From assembly GCF_009914755.1 (NCBI RefSeq), contig NC_060939.1: a stretch of 64,000 nucleotides of DNA; one strand, 5' to 3'. Under the pieces are notes generated by a model. The model searched no databases and was not told the DNA's origin. It saw only the letters and a list, made by a program, of their open reading frames with translations. The position numbers were made by a program, and so were the translations under genes. This stretch comes from the human T2T-CHM13v2.0 reference genome, Homo sapiens. Below, piece after piece: positions 1-15,958 of this stretch. The stretch's first letter is position 1; each line of letters begins with the position of its first letter.

Positions 1-72
1 GAATCAAGTTGAATCATTAGTGCATATATAAATATGCATTTTATTTTTAGTACACATTATATACCTCAGGAA

Positions 73-198
73 TGTACAATGCTCAGTGCCTGGGTGACGG
101 GATTATTCATACCCCAAACCTCAGCAACGTACAATATCCTCAGGTCACAAAGCTGCCCGTGGATCCCCTGAATCTATAATAATAATAATAAATAAAAA
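73..198 (+). mobile_element. L1 3' terminal fragment (L1PB/L1MA-like) with (AAT)n/A tail
   Basis: Sequence tgtacaatgctcagtgcctgggtgacggg...ccccaaacctcagc...cccctgaatctata follows the old L1 3'UTR end pattern and is followed by aataataataataaaaa. Confidence 0.7.
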
Positions 199-756
199 GT
201 GACTTTGTCATTCGCAGGGAAATGCAAATGACATTCACTCTGCCTCTCAGGCCCTTGGATTCCCAAAATTTGTTTTCATCACGCCCAGGGGACACTCAGA
301 ATCTCATTTTCAGAACATGGGTTGTTTTTCTTAGAAACACTTTGCAAAACAAAATAGGAAGCAAAATCTTTCTCACTCCTTCCACTCCGTAATAGACAAA
401 ATAAAATGAGGGGTCAGGAATCCAGAGACTTTGACTGCAGTTGGCAGATTTATTGTGGTACAGACATGAAGGCAAACAGTGTTCTCTCTGATTCTACAAA
501 CCGTACAGCCCGGGCCGGCTGCCTTCTGCTTTCTGGATGGTGCAGGCATGAGCTCCAAGCCCAAATTTCACCGGAGCTCCAGGAATCGAGCCTGGCCCAG
601 GCACTCACTGCACGGGGGCCAAGCGTGAAACCAGTGATCACTCCAGCAAGGTAACAGGACAGCTTGGTGATCCTTCTTGCCGGCCACAAAAGGTTATAGC
701 CAGAATTCCACCGAATGTGGTCTTTCTGTGTCTCTCCCCAGACAGCGAAGCTGGAC

Positions 757-1490
757 AAACCTGGGGGTGGGGGGTGGGGGGTGCTGACCTCAGTGGGGTG
801 TCCTGGAGGGGCAGGAACCAGGGTTTACAGGGTGCAGATCCTACTGAAGCAAATGGACGTGGCATCCGCGGGCAGAGCTGGCTGTGGCGTCCCCCCTCTG
901 CCTGCGGTGTCACCAAATGTACCCAGAGACCGCTTGTAAACCTGGAGGGTGTGCTAACGTCAGTGGGGTGTCCTGGAGAGGCAGGAACCTGGGAATCCAA
1001 GGTACAGATTCTACTAAAGCAAATGGACGTGGCATCCGCGGGCAGAGCTGGCTGTGGCGTCCCCCCTTCTGCCTGGGGTGTCACCACATTTCACCAAGAG
1101 ACCCCTTCTAAACCTGGGCAGTGTGCTGACCTCAGTGGGGTGTCCTGGAGAGGCAGGAACCAGGGTTTACAGGATGCAGATCCTACTGAAGCAAATGGAC
1201 ATGGCATCTGCGGGCAGAGCTAGGTGTGGCTGGCCTTCCAGCCTGGATGTCCCCCCCCTGCCTGGGGTGTCACCAAATGCACCCAGAGACCCCTTCTAAA
1301 CCTGGGGGGATGTGCTGACCTCAGTGGGGTTTCCTGGAGAGGCAGGAACCTGGGTTACCAGGGTGCATATCCTACTGAAGCAAATGGACGTGGCATCCTT
1401 GAGCAGAGCTGGCTGTGGCTGGCCTTCCAGCCTGGACGTCTCCCCCACTGCCTGGGGTGTCACCAAATGCACCCAGAGACCTCTCTTCTG
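757..1490 (+). repeat. GC-rich tandem repeat, 4 units of ~172-190 bp
   Basis: Units start with aaacctgg at 757, 938, 1110 and 1298; shared core resembling tgctgacctcagtggggtgtcctggagaggcaggaacc...cctactgaagcaaatggacgtggcatcc...ggtgtcaccaaatgcacccagagacc. Confidence 0.92.
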
Positions 1491-1584
1491 AAAGCCCATT
1501 CATGGGAAGCCTCCAGGTCTCCTCGGTAGGCAGCATCACGTCTGATTTAACTGCGTTATCAGGTAATGCAGGCCTGTTCTACCT

Positions 1585-2765
<1,181 letters not shown>

Positions 2766-4276
2766 AGTGATTCTGGAGCAGGTGAGTTGATCACAAGCCT
2801 GAGCTGAGAATCCATGGAGCTCATTTACAACAGAAGCCAGGACCCTGTGCAAATCCTTCTGAAATATCCCCGGTTTACAGAGCTCCTAGGGGTGGGGAAG
2901 AAAAATTCCCTGACTTTTCGGCCTCAGGGAAAGAGAGAGACACCCCACTGGCCATACGCCTCTGCTGTTTCTCAGAAAACGGATGGGGCATCACTCTTTC
3001 CCAAATGACGGTGATTTTGAGAACGGTTCACCTTTTGAAGAGACGTTTCTGCCCTGGCGATCCATACATATTGAACCAAAATGAATATTTTTTAATTAAA
3101 AATTTTTATATAAATATACATTGTGTATACTTTATATTAATATATTGATATAAATAAATATATTTTATTAATATAAACATATGATTTTTATAGTTCATAT
3201 AAATAATAAAGTTATATATAGTGTATATGTAAAATATACTTTTATTTGTAATACATAATTTTATAGATTAAATTTTATATACTAAGCAAAGTTATATGTG
3301 ATATATACATGCCATATAACATCATTTATATCATATATACCTTTATGTAAATAAGTATATAATAAAATTGATCTTATATTTGTTAATACATAATTATGTA
3401 TATATACTATGTAAAAATAAAATTATATGTTGTATGTGCATAATTATATTTCCATAAATACATGCTTAGGTGTGTATTTATACATGAATGCCTGTGTTTG
3501 TGTGAGTACATCAGTGAGTGCGTGAATGTGTGTGTGCACATGTGTGCCTGTGTTTGTGTGAGTGTAAGAGTGTTGTACATTTATACACACACATTTTGTT
3601 TTCTGGTTAATAACAAGATCTATCTTTGATTTAGGATATGAAGAATTCTTATAAGCAACCCCCCCACACACACAATTTGTATTTATCTTAAAATATTCTT
3701 AAAATATGGGTTCTTTTATTTTTGCACAAACAGACAAGAGTGTTTTTTCTTTCCAAAACTTTTATTTCAAATTCTGACCCTGAGGAGGAGAAAAAGAAGA
3801 AAACATTGTGTAACCTTATATACATTAGAAACATAGGTAGTTACTAAATGCAATACAGATTTTGACAACATGCATTTAGGAAAAATGAGGAATTCAAACT
3901 CGTAGCTGCCTCAATATTGAACTTTCTAATGTTTAATTTTTTTTAATTAAAAAGTATTCGTTTGGATTCAATATGTATGGATCTCCAGGGCAGAAATGTC
4001 TCTCCAAAAAGTGAACCACTCTGAAAATCACCGTCATTTGGGAAAGGGTGATGCCCCAGGTGTCTTCTGAAAAATAGCAGAGGCTTCCGGCCAGTGGGAT
4101 GTCTCTCTCTTTCCCTGAGGCCGAAATGTCAGGGAATTTTTCTTCCCCACCCCTAGGAGCCCAGTAAACGGGGGATATTTCAGAAGGATTTGCACAGGGT
4201 CCTGGCTTCTGCTATTTATGAGCTCCATGGATTCTTGGCTCAGGCTTGTGATCAGCTCACCTGCTCCAGAATCACT
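2766..4276. repeat. Inverted duplication, arms 2766-3102 and ~3940-4276, spacer ~0.84 kb
   Basis: The arms are reverse complements; ORFs 2814..3008(+) and 4034..4348(-) share the peptide SQDPVQILLKYP.FT.LLGVGKKNSLTFRPQGKRET.HWP. Confidence 0.93.
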
Positions 4277-4866
4277 TCCCGTCTTAGCTTCTGGGCTAAG
4301 ACACCTCAAAACCAGCAAAGGAAAGTCCTCACTGGTCAACGTGTCCATCCCAACTCCCCCATCTCCCCTTAGGGTGGGTTTGGGGTTCGGGACTGCTTTA
4401 CTGTTCCTTTCAAAGCAGACTGGGAGGTAAGATTTTATTCTGCTTCCAGAGGTTCAGGATTTCTGCAGACGGTCAGCAACTCTTTGCATCCTACTGGTAA
4501 AAGTTTTATATACTTTGTATTTATATAAATATGCATTGTGTATATTTTATATGAATAGATTGATATAAATATATTTTATTAACTTAACCATGTGACTTTT
4601 ATATTTTTATATAAATAAAGTTATATGTAGTGTATATGTAAAATACACTTTTATTTGTAATACATAATTTTATAGATTAAATTTAATATATTAAGCAAAA
4701 ATATATGTAATATATATAACATATAACATCATTTATATAATATGTAACTTAATGTAAATAAGTATATAAAATTATTATTATATTTGTTAATACATAATTA
4801 TGCATATATACTATGTAAAAATAAAATTACATATTGTATATGCATAATTATATTTCTATAAATACA
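3103..4866 (+). repeat. Direct duplication of a ~350 bp AT-rich block (3103-3460 and 4520-4866)
   Basis: Shared runs such as agtgtatatgtaaaata, ttttatttgtaatacataattttatagattaaattt and tatatactatgtaaaaataaaatta. Confidence 0.85.
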
Positions 4867-5249
4867 ATTATATACTATATATAATTATGTACAAAATAAT
4901 TGTATAATAAAATTATATAATAAATTTTGAAACGTTATAAATTATTATACATAGTATTTTATTGTATTAAATTTAGAAATGTGTTATATGTTTTATTATA
5001 ATAAATGTAGATTATATAAAATTTTATTTATAATAAATTATCTTATGTATAATTATAATATGAGAAAATAATTATATATCATTGTATTATAATAAATTTA
5101 GAAATGTTATACATTATTATATATAAAATTTCATTATATTAAATTTAGAAATATATGCAATAAAATGGTATTATATTAAAATTTTTATGTAACATTTTAT
5201 ACATGTATAATTTTATAAAATGTTTTATAATATATAGAATATAAGTACA

Positions 5250-6910
<1,661 letters not shown>

Positions 6911-7330
6911 CAGGAAGCATGGTGCAGGTGGGATCTGGAGGTGACTCTGGGCTGCCAGAAGACGCCCTACTGCTTTGCGGCAGACACAGGTGGAGAGGTC
7001 CTCTCTGTAGCTTCAGCGTGGACACTGTGTGTGTCTTGTTGTGGGAACACTTCTTTCTGCTTCCCTCTCCACTGTGACCATCACACTCACTGACCTGCCC
7101 TCCTCCTTCCTCTCGCTCTCTGGGGCCCCTGTGGAAAGAGGGTCTTCCCTCCATGCAGCAGGAACCCCCAGGACCCTCCCCATTCTCCTGGGTTCTGAAC
7201 TTCAGGGACATGTGATCCTACCTGACCGGGCACAGGCTCTGTTCACCCTCAGGAACCCCTGTCCTCCCAGGACACCGTGGACTGGAGAACTGGCCTCCTG
7301 AAAATCCAGAGAGAACTTAGCACTCACAAC

Positions 7331-7609
7331 TTCTTTTTTTCTTTTTTCTTTGAGACGGGATCTTGCTCTGTCCCCCAGGCTGGAGTGCAATGGCATGATC
7401 TCAGCTCACTGCAACCTCCTCCTCCCAGGTTCAAGCAGTTCGTCCTGCCTCTGTCTCCCGAGTTTCTGGGATCATAGGTATCCACCCCTGCAGCCAACTA
7501 ATTTCTGTATTTTTAGTAGAGACGGTGTTTCACCATGTTGGCCAGGCTGGTCTCGAACTCTTGACCTCAAGTGATCCACCCACCTCGGCCTCCCAAAGTA
7601 CTGGGATGA
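7331..7609 (-). mobile_element. Alu (antisense), 5' end truncated
   Basis: Poly-T, gagacgggatcttgctctgtc..., ending at ctgggatgac. Confidence 0.92.
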
Positions 7610-8109
7610 CATATATTAGCATGATGTATATTATTCTATTCCTCCGGGGACTCACTGTCTTCTTGGGCAGTAAACCACTGTGCCCGGACTTCTCTGTCCA
7701 CATCTACACACGTCTAAACCTCTGTAGATTCTGAATTGTTTTTCCTTTGCACAGAATGAGAGGAACTGAAGTCGGGAGGCCCAGCCCCAACATGGTCCCT
7801 CTGGCTCTGTGCTCAGGTGGTTTATGGCTGACAAGGACTTGGGGGGTTGAGGGCTTCCTATCAGCCCAGGAGACATTACCCAGGTCTGGGAAGCCTGCTC
7901 TGCACTTGTGGGTCTCGAATTGTCTGTTGCATTTACCTGCCTCATTATTTTTTCTCCCTGTCTCTCTTCTTACATATTTCTTTCGAATTTGGAGCTTGTT
8001 TTTCTTAACTACAATCAACCTGAATCATTACTGCATATATAAATATAAATTTTATATTGAGTAGACATTATATACTCAATCTATTACACATTCCAACACG
8101 GGCCATATC

Positions 8110-8725
8110 TAAGATGAATATATTTAATGTTTAAAATATGTTTACATTTCATATGGAAAAATATATTTATATTTAATATATATGTGTATATTTAATACAG
8201 GAAATACATATTTATATTTAATATATAAAATATATATTTATATTTGACATAAAAATATATGTTTATATTTAATATGGGAAATATATGTTTATGTTTAATA
8301 TACAAAATACATGTTAATATTTAATATAGACAATGTATAGTTATATTTACTATCCAAAATACATGTTTATATTTAATATAGAAAATGTTTATATTTAATG
8401 TACAGAATACATATTTATATTTAATATAGAAAATACATATTTATATTTAACATATACAGTATTTATATTTAATGTATAAAATATGTTTACATTTAATGTG
8501 CTGAATATATGCTTATATTTAATGTCTAAAATGTCTATATTTAATGTATTGTATACATTAAATGTACCAAATGTATTCTTATATTTAATGTATACAAGAT
8601 GTTTATATTTAATGTATATGTTTACATTTAATGTATAAAATGTTTATGTTTGATGTATAAAAGATGTTTATATTTAATGTATACAATGTTTATATTTAAT
8701 GTACCAAATATATTATATTTAATGT
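8110..8725. repeat. Degenerate AT-rich minisatellite (~24-28 bp unit)
   Basis: About 20 recurrences of a tttatatttaat-type core with consensus close to atatgtttatatttaatatagaaaat. Confidence 0.85.
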
Positions 8726-11700
8726 CCAAGCCAGCCAAGCAAGCCAAGCCAGTCAGCCAAGCCATCCAAGCCACCCACCCAGCCAAGCCAGCCAAGTTAG
8801 CAAGCTAGCCAGCCAGCCAAGCCAGCCAAGCCAGCCAGCCAGCCAGAAAAACCAGCCAAGCCAGCCAGCCAGGAAAGCCAGCCAAGCCAGCCAACCCAGC
8901 CAAGCTTCCAGCCAGCCAAGCCAGCCAAGCCAACCAGCCAGCCAAGCCTGCCAGCCAGCCAAGCCAGCAAAGCCAGCCAGCCAGCCAAGCCAGCCAGCAG
9001 GCCCAGCCGCCCCAGCCAGCCAACCAGCCCAACCAGCCAAGAAAGCCCAGCCAGCCAGCCAAGACAGGAAAACCAGCCAGCAAAGCCAGCCAAGCCACCC
9101 AGCCACCCAGCCTAGCCAGCCAAGCCAGCCAAGCCAGCCAGCCCCCCAAGCCAGCCAAGCCAGCCAGCCACCCTAGCCAGCCAAGCCACCCAAGCCAGCC
9201 AAGCCAGCCAAGCCACCCAGCCAGCCAAGCCAGACAGCCACCCAGCCTAGCCAGCCAAGCCACCCAAGCCAGCCAAGCCAGCCAAGCCACCCAGCCAGCA
9301 AAGCCAGACAGCCACCCAGCCAGCCAAGCCAGTCAAGCCACCCAGCCAGCCAAGCCAGCCAAGGCAGCCAGCCAGCCAAGCCAGCCAAGCCACCCAGACA
9401 GCCAAGCCAGCCAAGCCACCTAGCCAGCCAAGCCAGCGAAGCCACCCAGCCAGCCAAGCCAGCCAAGCCACCCAGCCAGCCAAGCCCGCCAGCCACCCAG
9501 CCAGCCAAGCCTGCCAAGCCACGCAGCCAGCCAAGCCACCCAGCCAGCCAAGCCAGCCAGCCACCCAGACAGCCAAGCCAGCCAAACCACCCAGACAGCC
9601 AAGCCCGCCAGCCACCCAGTCAGCCAAGCCAGCCATGCCAGCCAGCCACACAAGACAGCCAGCCAGCCAAGCCAGTCAAGCCAGCCAGCCGTGTAAGCCA
9701 GCCCAGCCGGCCAGCCAATCCAGCCAAGCCACCCAGCCACCCAAGCCAGCCAAGCCAGCCAAGACACCCAGCCAGCCAAGCCAGCCAGGCACCCAGTCAG
9801 CCAAGCCAGCCATGCCAGCTAGAAAGCCAAGACAGCCAGCCAGCCAAGGCAGCCAACCCACCCAGCCAGCCAAGCCAGCCAGCCAAGCTAGGCAAACCAG
9901 CCAGCCAGCCAAGCCACCCAGCCAGCCAAGCCAGCCAAGCCAGCCCAGCCAGCCAGCCAGCAAAGCCAGCCAAGCCAGCCAGCCAGCCAAGCCAGCCAAG
10001 GCAGCCAAGCCAGCCCAGCCAGCCAGCCAGCCAAGCCGGGCAAGCCAGCCAGCGAGCCCAGCCAGCCCAGCCAGCCAAGCCGGGCAAGCCAGCCAGCGAG
10101 CCCAGCCAGCCCAGCCAGTCAGCCAGCCAAACCAGACCACCAGCCAAGCCAGCCAGCCACCCAGCAAAGCCAGCCACCCAGCCAAGCCAGCCAAGAGAGC
10201 AAAGCCAGCCAAGCCGGTCAGTCAAGCCAGCCAAGCCAGCCAAGCCGGCCAACCAGCCAGACAGCCCAGCCAGCCAGCCAGCACAGGCAGCTAAGCCAGA
10301 CAAGCCAGCCAACCAGCCAGACAGCCCAGCCAGCCAGCCAGCACAGGCAGCCAAGCAAGCCATGCCAGCCAGCCAGCCAAGCCGGCCAAGACAGCCAGCC
10401 AGCCAACCCAGCCAAGCCAGCCAAGCCTGCCAGCCAGCCAAGCCAGCCAAGCCACCCAAGCCAGCCAGCCAAGCCGACCAAGCCTGCCAAGCCAGTAAGC
10501 CAGAAAAGCCAGGCAAGCCTGCCAGCCGGCCAAGCCAGCCAAGCCAGCCAAGCCAGCCAGCCAAGCCAGCCAAGCCAGCCAGCCAAGCCAGCCAGCCAGC
10601 CAAGCCAGCCAAGCCAGCCAGCCACCCAGCCAGCAAAGCCAGCCAAGCCAGCCAGCCCCCCAAGCCAGCCAAGCCAGCCAGCCACCCTAGCCAGCCAAGC
10701 CACCCAAGCCAGCCAAGCCAGCCAAGCCACCCAGCCACCCAGCCTAGCCAGCCAAGCCAGCCAAGCCAGCCAGCCCCCCAAGCCAGCCAAGCCAGCCAGC
10801 CACCCTAGCCAGCCAAGCCACCCAAGCCAGCCAAGCCAGCCAAGCCACCTAGCCAGCCAAGCCAGACAGCCACCCAGTCTAGCCAGCCAAGCCACCCAAG
10901 CCAGCCAAGCCAGCCAGGCACCCAGTCAGCCAGCCAAGCCAGCCATGCCACCTAGAAAGCCAAGACAGCCAGCCAGCCAAGGCAGCCAACCCACCCAGCC
11001 AGCCAAGCCAGCCAGCCAAGCTAGGCCAACCAGCCAGCCAGCCAAGCCACCCAGCCAGCCAAGCCAGCCAAGCCAGCCCAGCCAGCCAGCCAGCAAAGCC
11101 AGCCAAGCCAGCCAGCCAGCCAAGCCAGCCAAGGCAGCCAAGCCAGCCCAGCCAGCCAGCCAGCCAAGCCAGGCAAGCCAGCCAGCGATCCCAGCCAGCC
11201 CAGCCAGCCAAGCCGGGCAAGCCAGCCAGCGAGCCCAGCCAGCCCAGCCAGTCAGCCAGCCAAACCAGACCACCAGCCAAGCCAGCCAGCCACCCAGCAA
11301 AGCCAGCCACCCAGCCAAGCCAGCCAAGAGAGCAAAGCCAGCCAAGCCGGTCAGTCAAGCCAGCCAAGCCAGCCAAGCCAGCCAACCAGCCAGACAGCCC
11401 AGCCAGCCAGCCAGCACAGGCAGCTAAGCCAGACAAGCCAGCCAACCAGCCAGACAGCCCAGCCAGCCAGCCAGCACAGGCAGCCAAGCAAGCCATGCCA
11501 GCCAGCCAGCCAAGCCGGCCAAGACAGCCAGCCAGCCAACCCAGCCAAGCCAGCCAAGCCTGCCAGCCAGCCAAGCCAGCCAAGCCACCCAAGCCAGCCA
11601 GCCAAGCCGACCAAGCCAGCCAAGCCAGTAAGCCAGCCAAGCCAGCCAAGCCAGCCAGCCAGCCAAGCCAGCCAAGCCACCCAGCCAGGCAAGCCAGCCA

Positions 11701-12015
11701 AGCCACCCAGCCAGCCAAGCCACCCAGCCGGCCAAGCCAGCCAAGCCACCCAGCCAGCCAAGCCAGCCAGCCAGCCAGCCAAGCCAGCCAAGCCAATCAA
11801 GCAAGCCAAGCCAGCCAGCCAGCCAGGCCAGCCAAGCCACCTAGCCAGCCAAGCCAGCCAAGCCACCCAGCCAGCCAAGCCAGCCAAGCCACACAGCCAG
11901 CCAAGACACCCAGCCAGCCAAGCCCGCCAGCCACCCAGTCAGCCAAGCCAGCCATGCCAGCCAGCCAGCCAAGACAGCCAGCCAGCCAAGCCAACCAAGC
12001 CACCCAGCCAGCCAA

Positions 12016-12048
<33 letters not shown>

Positions 12049-13333
12049 GCAGCCAAGCCAGTGGGCCGCCCAGCCAGCCAAGCCAGCCAAGCCACCCAGC
12101 CAGCAAAGCCAGCCAAGCCACTCAGCCAGCCAAGCTGGCCAAGCCACCCAAACAGTCAAGCCAGCGAAGCCAACCATGCCAGTCAGCCAGCCAAGCCAGC
12201 CAGCCAGCCAAGCCAGCCAAGCCAGCCAGCCAAGCCACCCAGCCACCCAAGCCAGCAAAGCCAGCCAAGCCACCCAGCCAGCCAAGCCAGCCAGGCACCC
12301 AGTCAGCCAAGCCAGCCATGCCAGCTAGAAAGCCAAGACAGCCAGCCAGCCAAGGCAGCCAACCCACCCAGCCAGCCAAGCCAGCCAGCCAAGCTAGGCA
12401 AACCAGCCAGCCAGCCAAGCCACCCAGCCAGCCAAGCCAGCCAAGCCAGCCCAGCCAGCCAGCCGGCAAAGCCGGGCAAGCCAGCCAGCGAGCCCAGCCA
12501 GCCCAGCCAGCCAAGCCGGGCAAGCCAGCCAGCGAGCCCAGCCAGCCCAGCCAGTCAGCCAGCCAAACCAGACCACCAGCCAAGCCAGCCAGCCACCCAG
12601 CAAAGCCAGCCACCCAGCCAAGCCAGCCAAGAGAGCAAAGCCAGCCAAGCCGGTCAGTCAAGCCAGCCAAGCCAGCCAAGCCAGCCAACCAGCCAGACAG
12701 CCCAGCCAGCCAGCCAGCACAGGCAGCTAAGCCAGACAAGCCAGCCAACCAGCCAGACAGCCCAGCCAGCCAGCCAGCACAGGCAGCCAAGCAAGCCAAG
12801 CCGGCCAAGACAGCCAGCCAGCCAACCCAGCCAAGCCAGCCAAGCCTGCCAGCCAGCCAAGCCAGCCAAGCCACCCAAGCCAGCCAGCCAAGCCGACCAA
12901 GCCAGCCAAGCCAGTAAGCCAGAAAAGCCAGGCAAGCCTGCCAGCCGGCCAAGCCAGCCAAGCCAGCCAAGCCAGCCAAGCCAGCCAGCCAAGCCAGACA
13001 AGCCAGCCAGCCAGCCAAGCCAGCCAAGCCAGCCAAGCCAGCCAGCCAGCCAAGCCAGCCAAGCCACCCAGCCAGCCAAGCCAGCCAGCCAGCCAGCCAA
13101 GCCAGCCAAGCCAATCAAGCAAGCCAAGCCAGCCAGCCAGCCAGGCCAGCCAAGCCACCTAGCCAGCCAAGCCAGCCAAGCCACCCAGCCAGCCAAGCCA
13201 GCCAAGCCACACAGCCAGCCAAGACACCCAGCCAGCCAAGCCCGCCAGCCACCCAGTCAGCCAAGCCAGCCATGCCAGCCAGCCAGCCAAGACAGCCAGC
13301 CAGCCAAGCCAACCAAGCCACCCAGCCAGCCAA

Positions 13334-13366
<33 letters not shown>

Positions 13367-14602
13367 GCAGCCAAGCCAGTGGGCCGCCCAGCCAGCCAAG
13401 CCAGCCAAGCCACCCAGCCAGCAAAGCCAGCCAAGCCACTCAGCCAGCCAAGCTGGCCAAGCCACCCAAACAGTCAAGCCAGCGAAGCCAACCATGCCAG
13501 TCAGCCAGCCAAGCCAGCCAGCCAGCCAAGCCAGCCAAGCCAGCCAGCCAAGCCAACCAGCCAGCCAAGCAAGCCAAGCCAGCCAGCCATCCAAGCCAGC
13601 CAAGCCAGCCAAGCCAGCCAGCCAGCCAAGCCAGCCAAGCCAGCCAGCCACCCAGCCAGCAAAGCCAGCCAAGCCAGCCAGCCCCCCAAGCCAGCCAAGC
13701 CAGCCAGCCACCCTAGCCAGCCAAGCCACCCAAGCCAGCCAAGCCAGCCAAGCCACCCAGCCACCCAGCCTAGCCAGCCAAGCCAGCCAAGCCAGCCAGC
13801 CCCCCAAGCCAGCCAAGCCAGCCAGCCACCCTAGCCAGCCAAGCCACCCAAGCCAGCCAAGCCAGCCAAGCCACCCAGCCAGCCAAGCCAGACAGCCACC
13901 CAGCCTAGCCAGCCAAGCCACCCAAGCCAGCCAAGCCAGCCAAGCCACCCAGCCAGCAAAGCCAGACAGCCACCCAGCCAGCCAAGCCAGCCAAGCCACC
14001 CAGCCAGCCAAGCCAGCCAAGGCAGCCAGCCAGCCAAGCCAACCAAGCCACCCAGACAGCCAAGCCAGCCAAGCCACCCAGTCAGCCAAGCCCGCGAAGC
14101 CAGGCAAGCCAGCCAAGCCACCCAAGCCAGCCAAGCCAGCCAAGCCACCTAGCCAGCCAAGCCAGCGAAGCCACCCAGCCAGCCAAGCCAGCCAAGCCAC
14201 CCAGCCAGCCAAGCCAGCCAGCCACCCAGCCAGCCAAGCCTGCGAAGCCACGCAGCCAGCCAAGCCACCCAGCCAGCCAAGCCAGCCAGCCACCCAGCCA
14301 GCCAAGCCAGCCAAACCACCCAGACAGCCAAGCCCGCCAGCCACCCAGTCAGCCAAGCCAGCCATGCCAGCCAGCCACACAAGACAGCCAGCCAGCCAAG
14401 CCAGCCAAGCCAGCCAGCCGTGTAAGCCAGCCCAGCCGGCCAGCCAATCCAGCCAAGCCACCCAGCCACCCAAGCCAGCCAAGCCAGCCAAGCCACCCAG
14501 CCAGCCAAGCCCGCCAGCCACCCAGTCAGCCAAGCCAGCCATGCCAGCCAGCCAGCCAAGACAGCCAGCCAGCCAAGCCAACCAAGCCACCCAGCCAGCC
14601 AA

Positions 14603-14635
<33 letters not shown>

Positions 14636-15925
14636 GCAGCCAAGCCAGTGGGCCGCCCAGCCAGCCAAGCCAGCCAAGCCACCCAGCCAGCAAAGCCAGC
14701 CAAGCCACTCAGCCAGCCAAGCTGGCCAAGCCACCCAAACAGTCAAGCCAGCGAAGCCAACCATGCCAGTCAGCCAGCCAAGCCAGCCAGCCAGCCAAGC
14801 CAGCCAAGCCAGCCAGCCAAGCCACCCAGCCACCCAAGCCAGCCAAGCCAGCCAAGCCACCCAGCCAGCCAAGCCAGCCAGGCACCCAGTCAGCCAAGCC
14901 AGCCATGCCAGCTAGAAAGCCAAGACAGCCAGCCAGCCAAGGCAGCCAACCCACCCAGCCAGCCAAGCCAGCCAGCCAAGCTAGGCAAACCAGCCAGCCA
15001 GCCAAGCCACCCAGCCAGCCAAGCCAGCCAAGCCAGCCCAGCCAGCCAGCCGGCAAAGCCGGGCAAGCCAGCCAGCGAGCCCAGCCAGCCCAGCCAGCCA
15101 AGCCGGGCAAGCCAGCCAGCGAGCCCAGCCAGCCCAGCCAGTCAGCCAGCCAAACCAGACCACCAGCCAAGCCAGCCAGCCACCCAGCAAAGCCAGCCAC
15201 CCAGCCAAGCCAGCCAAGAGAGCAAAGCCAGCCAAGCCGGTCAGTCAAGCCAGCCAAGACAGCCAAGCCAGCCAACCAGCCAGACAGCCCAGCCAGCCAG
15301 CCAGCACAGGCAGCTAAGCCAGACAAGCCAGCCAACCAGCCAGACAGCCCAGCCAGCCAGCCAGCACAGGCAGCCAAGCAAGCCAAGCCAGCCAAGCCAC
15401 CCAGTCAGCCAAGCCCGCGAAGCCAGGCAAGCCAGCCAAGCCACCCAAGCCAGCCAAGCCAGCCAAGCCACCTAGCCAGCCAAGCCAGCGAAGCCACCCA
15501 GCCAGCCAAGCCAGCCAAGCCACCCAGCCAGCCAAGCCAGCCAGCCACCCAGCCAGCCAAGCCTGCCAAGCCACGCAGCCAGCCAAGCCACCCAGCCAGC
15601 CAAGCCAGCCAGCCACCCAGACAGCCAAGCCAGCCAAACCACCCAGACAGCCAAGCCCGCCAGCCACCCAGTCAGCCAAGCCAGCCATGCCAGCCAGCCA
15701 CACAAGACAGCCAGCCAGCCAAGCCAGCCAAGCCAGCCAGCCGTGTAAGCCAGCCCAGCCGGCCAGCCAATCCAGCCAAGCCACCCAGCCACCCAAGCCA
15801 GCCAAGCCAGCCAAGACACCCAGCCAGCCAAGCCCGCCAGCCACCCAGTCAGCCAAGCCAGCCATGCCAGCCAGCCAGCCAAGACAGCCAGCCAGCCAAG
15901 CCAACCAAGCCACCCAGCCAGCCAA

Positions 15926-15958
<33 letters not shown>

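Noticed and set aside
2814-4348. Paired similar ORFs on opposite strands as a small gene family
   Set aside because: Fully explained by the inverted duplication; short, with no recognisable domain.
10137-10144. Chi octamer (CCACCAGC, the reverse complement of GCTGGTGG) recurring in one satellite module
   Set aside because: It is a close variant of the repeat words and RecBCD Chi has no established role in primates.
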